From assembly GCA_002269645.1 (NCBI GenBank), contig NIVC01001131.1, positions 140,979-204,978 of the forward strand: a stretch of 64,000 nucleotides of DNA, in the 5' to 3' direction. The DNA comes from Macrostomum lignano. Lineage: Eukaryota. Below, one piece after another: positions 12,591 through 21,500 of the stretch. Position 1 is the first letter of the stretch. Each line of letters begins with the position of its first letter. The notes below the pieces were generated by a model, which saw nothing but the letters and a program-made list of their open reading frames with translations, made no database searches and was not told where the DNA came from. A program made the translations under genes and the position numbers.

Positions 12591-15500
12591 GCTCTCTTGG
12601 AAACGCCGGCTTACGTATCTAAAGTGGTAATTCACACCGCGCCGCTACCTGACGCGGCAATGCAAAGCGCTCTCAACCAATTTATTATTTATGCTGGCGG
12701 AAGAACTTGCTATAGTCATAATGCAGCATCTTCATTCTCCAGTCGATCGTTTCCGTGCGACACGTTCACCGATTACATCGAGTTGAGCAGCGATAGAAAG
12801 GATTCCGTAATGTCCCTGTGCGAAGTGGAAGTCTATGGAAAGGCGCTTGCGTTCCAGGAACTCGAAAATGGAGCTGCGTAAGTTTGGGAAATTGCTCACA
12901 ATTACGTAAAATAGTGGACCAAGGATGACTAACGTTTTTAGTATTAGCACATACTTTGTAGTATTGCGAAAATAATTGAGGCGTGAAACGCGGTGGTTCG
13001 TTTGCTTTAATTTTTCTTTAATTGTTTTCCGTATGGAAAAGAAGAGAGACTTGAGTAATTGCGTGTTAGGGTGCTGTATATTTATATACGTGTTGAAAGA
13101 ACATTCCGGAATCCGGAAAGTTCGAGAAGCAGTTTCAAGAAGGGGGTGCGCGGGAGTTCAAAATACCAAATATAGAAAGTGTGTGTTTACGCGGAAGTTT
13201 CTAGAATATAAGTATTGTACTTACTGTACGCTATCTTATACCGTATACACGCGTTGTTTAGTTGGAGAACTTTCTAGAATACGAAGATTTAAGCATGTTA
13301 TAGAATATTATAGAAAATAGAAATACGCTACAATACTTATAATATAGTAAATACGCTACAACTACACCATTTCTGTATATAATCTTTACGAAGTTGAAGT
13401 AACACTCGGCACAAGAACGTGTATCGCTTTTTATATTGATAGATTCACACTTTCTTTGAGTTTGATTCACATTCACACTATTAGAGCTTTTTCAAGAAAG
13501 TCTACTGAGGGCGCATAAATGACAGGAAAGTTTATGTTGTTCCTATCTACCTCGTACCTAGGGTTTTTTTCTTTCTTGTCTGTTTTTTGTCAATCAAAAT
13601 TCGCATATAGTGAGACGTCTACCGGTTTTAAAGTCGATGGATATGCAACGATGAACAGGTAAATTTATGCACAGCCATTTTGATCGCAGATCAGTATTAA
13701 ATAGTTAATACTGTTTGAAGGGCTCCTTGTTTTGGTTGTTTATATAAACTTTCAACTTCGAATTCGTCAAAAACTAGTTATAATTCGACGAAGTGAGTGA
13801 AATAGGTCACTTTTTATATACTCGAAGCCATGGGTGTGTATTAAAATGTAAAAATGAATGCACAGCGAAAAATGGAATGCAGATAAACCAAAAAAAAAAC
13901 TGAAGAACCGTTCCCTAAGTAAGTCAACGCTAGTCGAAATGATAAGTCTGTAGTATTTTGACACGAAGCATCAATCAAAAATGTCAGTGTAGGTCAAGCA
14001 GTGTGGGCTGTAGCGGAATTACTATTGTTACTCTACAACTAGACATTACGAGCTGCTCCACCATATAGCACTAGGATTAGCTGCGTGCATGCCTGACGAA
14101 CTCGAAGTTGAAAAATCATTTAACACTGCTTAGCTTAACAATACTACCACAGAAAATAATAGTAATTGCCACAATTGTTTAGTCACCCAGAGGCAATTCC
14201 TTCGGCGACATCGTTCCACAACCAACGGTGAGGGAATCCTGTCCTGAGCAAGCGAACCAATACACTCACTACACTCACCAATACTTCATAAACACGCTCG
14301 TACAGAGTGTACGGCAAATTATCAGTGTATATAGTTACGAGCGTATATATATTTTTTTGCACTCTAACATAAGTAGTAGGAAAGTGGTACCCTCTACCGC
14401 CATCGCACGGGATTGGCCGGGGCACCCGGCCAATGAGAGGAGAGCTAGGGCCCTTAAAGACGCCTACCCCGACCCCAGACCCACCACCGCCACGCACCCA
14501 CCCCCGACCCAAGACCCAACACCGCCACGCACCACCCCGACCCAAACCGGGCCCCCCAAAGATGCCCACCCCGACCCCAAACCGGGCCCGCCAAAGACGC
14601 CCACCCCGACTCCAAACCCACCACCGCCGCACCTACCTCCGACCCCAAACCGGGCCCCCCAAAGATGCCCACCCTGACCTCAAACCGGGCCCCCTCCTGT
14701 CCTGCACCCCATCCCATACCAAGGCCCCCTACTGTCCTGCGCCTTGCTCCATCCCATATAGCAAGGTCCTTCTATCCTGTACTCTAACCAAAACCAATTC
14801 CGCCCTCCTAATTCCTAAACCTAGTCTTATTACCTGTCTCACTTACCGCCTTTAAAGCTAGCCAAGGCAAAACCCTCATTCCATGCTTTGGTTGTACTCT
14901 ATCTTGCTGTGGCGGGTACAGCGTGAGGTCGTTAGACCTAGAACGCTACTTCTTGGCGGCCAGAGGGCCGCAAGAAGGTCCCGTCACCTCCTGTTACGTT
15001 GATGACTGAGACTTTGTTAAGGCCTGAGTTCCTGCGAAAGGACTGCTGTGTGGGAGTTGGATTCGGGGTTCGGATTGGTTATTGCTATGGAGCGCGAGCT
15101 GGTTTCTAAATGGCTGAGTGGTCCCCGGAAGGGCTCTTGATTTGCCAATAGTTCCTGCCAGAGGGCTGTTGTGTGGGGTTGGATTCGGGGTTCGGATTGG
15201 TTATTGCTATGGAGCAAGAGCTGGTGTTACTTACCAACTCCCGTCGTATATAATCTCGCGCACAGCCGGAAGGAAAGCTCACAGTTTTTGACAGTGAACA
15301 AAATGAACTTTAAGACATTATCGAACAGATTTCGAATCGGCGTCAGGTCGCACTCGAAGTGCATCAGCATCAGAAAGTGGTACAAATTTGCCGAAGAGTA
15401 TCGACCAGGTCTGCCTGGCATGGAGCTCACCATCCACCAGTTTTGCCACTTGGGCAGCCTGAAGGAACGACTGGAAGAGTTTGCAAGAAAGTGTATCGAT

Positions 15501-18500
15501 GCGCAATGCCTTCCTGGCGGCAACAGGCAAGTGGTTGTGCAAAATGGCGTAATCACACTCTGGCGCCTTCCAACTGTACTCGGACCGCCGGTGCACCTAA
15601 GGCACGCCTTACCGCTTCCTACAACACTTTGGCGCGAAGTCTGGGCTCAAAAGCAATGGGTCCTAGACAAAATTGACAAGCGAGAGCCTCCGGTCGAGCC
15701 ACCGATCGGCAATCCATGGTGGATGGGATACCACCCTACGGAGCCTGAAGAGTGTGCAGCATGGGCAGCAAGGCTTACACTCGACCAACTGATGCAAGTA
15801 CCTGACAGGCAGCCGGCAGAGTGGGACCACCACTGGGAGGCCTTCCAGGTAGTTCAGGCTGAATTTAGAAAGAGATTTACATTCGAAACTCTGGAAGAGC
15901 CACCAAAGCTGAGAAGAACCTACAGCCTTCATTCCACCAGCCACCAATGAAGCGACGCGCAATGCATGAAGCGACAACTGGTCATTTCGTCAATTAACTT
16001 TTTTTAAATATAGTTTTGAACCATAGTACTGATTATGCACTGTTGTATATATTGCTTTGTCAATACTGGCCATAATATTGCCCCATCATGCTTTGATTCC
16101 GGGCGATAATACTGTTTTTGTAAATACACGCGACGGGCCTTAATACTGCCCTTCCATTCTTCGTAAACTTTTTTGTGCTAAAACGAGCTTTAAACACGTA
16201 ATTTTATGCTTTGCAATCCATGGACCTGCCAATAAAATAAACAAAACAAAAAACATTTCATTTTCGTAAGCATTGTTGTACAAACACTATAGTCGCATTC
16301 CCGTTTATTTTTTCTTATCTTTTGTACACAAAAAATACAGAAGTAAAGTTATAGGAAAAATATTATTATTATTACTCAGTGCATAGGCAGATCTCACTAC
16401 TACTGTTATGCCGTAGAGGAGCTCAATCAGAGTCCAGCAAAGTAGGTTCGGATGCTTGGTCTGCATGCAAAATGCGGGAGAGGGCATCAGCTGCAGTCTG
16501 AGCCTCAACCACGCTGCGAGCGCCAGCTATTATACAACGATACGAATGAAACAAAATCAACTTTACAGAGGCATTAAACTTGAGCACAAGTCCGTTAAAC
16601 ATTTCCGGCTCGTAGGTGGCCCGATGCGGCCATTTAGACTTGACTTCCCCCAACCGGAGTGGATGCCGACCCGCGGAAAAGGCCGTCACAGAGGTAATAG
16701 TCTTGATGCAAATCTGGGGCAGACTGGTCAATCGCAAGAAGTCCGCACACAGCCTCACAATATTCTCCGTCTCTGCGAGAGCCTCCTCCATGCTTTTGGC
16801 TCCACAGACAGACACTTGTCCGGTCGGATACACCAGCGCGGTTACTCGATGCTGCCCGCTCTTCATCACCACTGCCAGTGTTCGAGGATGAACCAGGCGA
16901 TGGCGGATTGTGTGATACTGAGGCAGATGAAGTGTCAGGAAATTCGCTAGTTGTGGCAGACCCACCCGGGTCGCCAGGTCGGCTCCTGTCACGATGTTTG
17001 TCACGCGAATTGTTGCGACCATCTTTAGACAATCGAGAGAAACGCCAGTGCCTGCTGCAGATCGCTACTTTTATAGACCCGTAGCCGCGAGGCCGCAGCC
17101 AATCAGCGTACAGCGCCACTTTGGCCAGGGCGCAGGTTAGCACGTACTTTGAGGCACTCGGAAAGGCTAGGTGTGCTAGGTCGTAGACAGGCTGCAGCAG
17201 CAGACGCGACAGGAACTGGCACTTGACATCCCCCTTGCTAAATATCGGGCCTTGCAAGTGAGAGATATCGCTCCAGAGACAAGAGTAGGGTCGGAACCCA
17301 CTCCTGTCCCAGTCTAGACCGTGCCGCTTATTGGTGAGCCAGTAGCAGGTTCGTCGCTGTCCTCGATCAAAGAGCTCAAAGCTGTGCGGCGGTCGGTAGC
17401 AATAGTAATGAGCCGTCGTTTGACCGCATGCAAACTCAACCCATGCAATTTCTTAATCACAAAGTCCTCTGTTTTGTAGAGGTGCGGAAATCCTTCAAAA
17501 TCATTGACAATCATCTTGGCCACTTGATCCACTTGCCGTATCCTTTCTGAGACTGAGTCTTCTTATAGCCTTGCAGTCGAGGTTTTTTAGGACTGGAATT
17601 TTCTTCCCGAGGCTTTTCCAGCAATTTTGTAGTGTTCAGACCAACTGCAGACAGAGGCACGTGGTTTTCTTGAAGACACGTAACAAACTCATTAATCCCA
17701 TTCGGTGGCTGAAGGTACTTAGAGTACGTATCTTTAACTATGAAATGCAGCAGGTCCACGATTTTGAGTTGTACAACGGTTTACCATTGACAGAAACTCC
17801 ATACGTATCATCTATGCTAATCGACTTGCACTTTATGGTTATGAAGCTAATCAATGCCTGCAGACGATGATGCCATTTCTGATTCACCGTCAGATATAGC
17901 ACCTCCTTCCACTGCGGTTCTTTGTGAATTACTGGAGTTCTTGGGTCGCACTTGCCTGCAGCTGCTGCAGGCAACGCTCGTCCCTATTCTTGCGCAACTG
18001 TTTTTCCGCCTCTAGCTCGGGTTCACAGACTGTCTCCATGCCCCTCTGATTCACAAGTGCCTCATACTGCAACCGGGGTACCAGTATCATTTCCTTGTAC
18101 ATGTCTTTTTATACAGGTGAGAATCAGAGGAAGACAACGAAGGATGTGCGGGTGTGAGAGATTGCGCCGAGCCTTTTTCACACTTTTGCTTTGTGCAACA
18201 AGCCGGAGAGTATTTCGATATCGCCTGAGTCTCCGCTTCAAGCTATCTTCACAGCCAACTTTTCCTGCTAGTAAGTTGATAATACACTCGACCAAACAGC
18301 AAATGGTGCTTTTATTTGCATAGGTAAGTATGCAGCGACGCAAGGATATAGTGCCCTCACAAAAGACAGTTATTAGTGCAATGTGTTTATTCATGTTTAA
18401 CTCAGTGCAGATACTGAGCCATTCTTATAGATAAACTCGCTGCGGGGCCTCATCGGGGAGAAAATTGGCTCTCAGGCGCAGTTCATGGGGCGAAGCGGGG

Positions 18501-21500
18501 TGAAAATCAAGCAGCAGATAGCGCTGATCTCCATCTCGCACCAATCGATCCATCAGTTCTACTAGCAGAGTGCGCCGTTTGGGAAAGCATTGCTGACTTA
18601 AAGCTTGGACCGCAGAGGTGTCTCTGGGGTTATTGAACAACACCATGTAGGTGCAATTTATGCTAATTGTGCGCCACTCTCTGTCTTTGAAAAATAGATT
18701 TTGCGTGATGAGAATGACAAAGCAGGGCTTGTGGTGGGCCTCACCGGTGAACAGATGTCGTAGCTCTCGACTTGCAGCTGCTTCATCCAGTAAATCGTCA
18801 ATCACAATCAGGTCATGGGGCTGCAGATCCAAATTCGATAATCCTTCACATACTTGCACTCCTAGCCGCCGCAGAGTCGCGTGGAGTTCCGGCTGCGGGC
18901 ATCCGTGATACCAAATCATCCGCTTGGGAGGTTGGTCGAACAGAAGCAGTCGTTGGGACAGCAACCGCAAACAGAATGTTGATTTTCCCGCTCGAGAAGT
19001 GCCCGAAACCATCATGCAGCTGCCCATCCGCAGTCTGGAATCAAACACCTTGCAACTGATTTTTGAGTCTGAGTATGATTGCATCGTTTTGAGCCACAGC
19101 TGCCGGGTGCAAAACCTTGATGAACAAGGCATTATATGACATTCTCTTATGCAGTCGATGGATCAAGTAAAAAATGCAATACCAGCCGCATAGAGTTGAC
19201 GAACTGGGCTCAACAGGGCCCGTATTCCATTGTAGCACCATCCGCGTTGGTTTAGTTTTCTTTAACCAGCTCTTCATATTTTTACTCAAGCCTCCCAAAG
19301 AGTTGAAAATTTCACAATGCACTTTACTGGTTACTACTCCAGCAATCCAGTGACCGCACTCATCATTCCATGGCTCATACAAAATGAAGCAGCAGGGTCG
19401 GCAGGTTGAATCGAAAAATGGTGTCACTGTTCCAACTGTAAAAATTCCGCAATAGGCATTCCGCACAGATGTGGGGCAGCGAGAAATGAACGCTTCCAAC
19501 TCTTCGGAATTCATGCTCTGCGATAATCCAGCAGCACATCTCTCTCTTTAGTGATTTCCATGCATGAATCATACACGCACAAGCAGATGAGTGTGACTGG
19601 CTGTGCGAGAGCGTTGGAAAAGCGAATATCCAGTCGTAGTTGACCCTGCCTATGACCAAACCAGCTGCCTACTTCATCACCACTTGGACTAAGGTCAAAA
19701 GCAAGCAGATAGGCACTATCTCGATATTCATCAAAGCTCATGCAATAATTTCCACCGAGACTGCGAGCAAACTGCAAAAATTCGGATGAGTGCTGCTGCT
19801 GTGGTTCTATGGCTGCCCAGTAATTGGCTCTCCATTGACAAACAGGCTTAAACTATTCAATCCAAATGCTTGGAACCAAAACGGGTTGTGGTGCAGAGAT
19901 CCATTGAAAGCTGTCTGGCTGACCATTCCAAGGAGCACAAATTTTGGCAGCTGACCATGCGTGATTGAATCGAGACTCTTGTTTCTTGTCCTAACAGAAA
20001 ATGTGAATGTCTGTAGCTCTCTTCTATCAAAGTGGTATAGAGCATTACGTTGTGAGAGCCCCTGCTCATGTGCGAGAGCCACTGTTGAGTTTACTCGGAG
20101 ACGCCTCAAAAGCAGAATAGCATTGTCGACTTCAACACGGTATTGAACTCCATTATTGGGTACCATCAACGAAAAAGCGCTGCAATGCCGGGTCAGTTTG
20201 ACCTGCAGGCTGATTTGGTTTAGCAGATACTGCCGGATTGAGAAAATGTCTGAAAACAACGGGCCGGCATATTGCACAACAGCAGAAGCCTCATGCAATC
20301 TCGCACGATTTGTGAATCCATGATTTTGCTCCCCAATGGTGTCACTCTCTCCAGCGGTGTCTGGATAATAACCTGCGGCCGCCAGTTCTTGAAGCTGGTT
20401 GGCAGTGCTGCTGGTCAGCACTTGAAGCATTGCTCGATATGGGTAGAGCTCGTCCCCACCACTCACAACCCGCTGGTTGAGTTTTACAGTGACATCACGA
20501 AACAGGCTGGCAAGCGGGAGATTCGATAGTCCGACATGGGCATCATCTTCATTAGTCAGCTCTGCATTGTTTATCACACGAGTTATCCGGCAAGTGACTT
20601 GCAGCACTGTGGCGTGCAGATCGGTGTAGTCCTCAGAGGAGGCGTGGCAGTCGAATTCAATCGGTGCATCAGGAGTCGTGAGACTGCCGATGGGATGAAA
20701 GTCCATGAAGTGAGACCTATCCACTCCAATTTCATGCGTCTTTGGCTCAAACAGGTTGAGCCGTGGATTTGTCCGATACATTATGAGAGTGAATCGAGCA
20801 CTCGGTTGACTGTTTTGTATGATATCTTGCGCTTTTTTGTGGGCACTGGCTTGCTCTTCTTTGGTTTGATTTTTGGCGTTTTCTTATGTTTTTGCTGCGA
20901 TGGAGGTGGTATGCGGGAAAGGAGAACTGCATTTTCATGAGTCTCAGGGGGCAGTCAGGATAGCAGCGATGTGGGATATCCGTGCCCATGAGGAAGTTTG
21001 AAGCAACTGCCTCGATAAAACTCGGTCACTTGTCGAATGTCCATGACTCACGCAGCTCTCGGAACTGGGTGTTGCAAAACTCTTTTCCACGGTCGGTCCG
21101 AACTGCTCGTAGGCATCGAGGGTGAGCTCGATTTAGGATCGCTTCGAATCCGGCTGCAACCTCCTCGGCTGTCTTGCGGCGCACCGGCTGAGCCCAGGCA
21201 AACTTGCTGAGCACATCGATGCAGCATAAAATGTATCGCATGCCGCCATTGTACTTGGCGAACAGCAGCATTTCAACAAGGTCCAGTTCCCACTGGTCAT
21301 CCATGCCCCGCACCACAATCGGTGCTCGACGAAAGTTTTTGCGTTTATCTCTATGCAGTGCGTAGACATCTTGGTCTTGGAGCCACGTTTTTACCTTTAA
21401 TTGTAAAAACTGGAAATTACTAGCTAGTGGATAAAACTAAAAGCCTAAGCAGGAATTTTCTAGAAAATCATTGGTTCAGGAGTATATCGTATATGCATAC

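Noticed and set aside
12597-12881. Stand-alone short lectin ORFs ending at TAA/TGA (also 28605, 40132, 46454)
   Set aside because: Each stop lies inside a phase-2 donor (GC|GTAAGT or GC|GTGAGT), which automatically creates a stop if unspliced. Phase-2 acceptors follow in G1, G3 and G4.
13519-13658. Possible alternative first exon with hydrophobic leader and phase-2 donor
   Set aside because: The homologous segment at ~40556-40695 has stops and no donor, and the upstream exon already supplies the phase-2 donor. Probably coincidental.
14183-14855. Pro/Gly-rich ORFs across the TIRs (also 23267-24072)
   Set aside because: Products of the GC-rich TIR tandem repeats; they cross the element boundary.
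16634-17257. 207-aa ORF overlapping the TBP-like gene
   Set aside because: No ATG, no recognisable motif, and two-thirds is an alternate frame of TBP. The first ~80 codons could be a real small gene, but I cannot support it.
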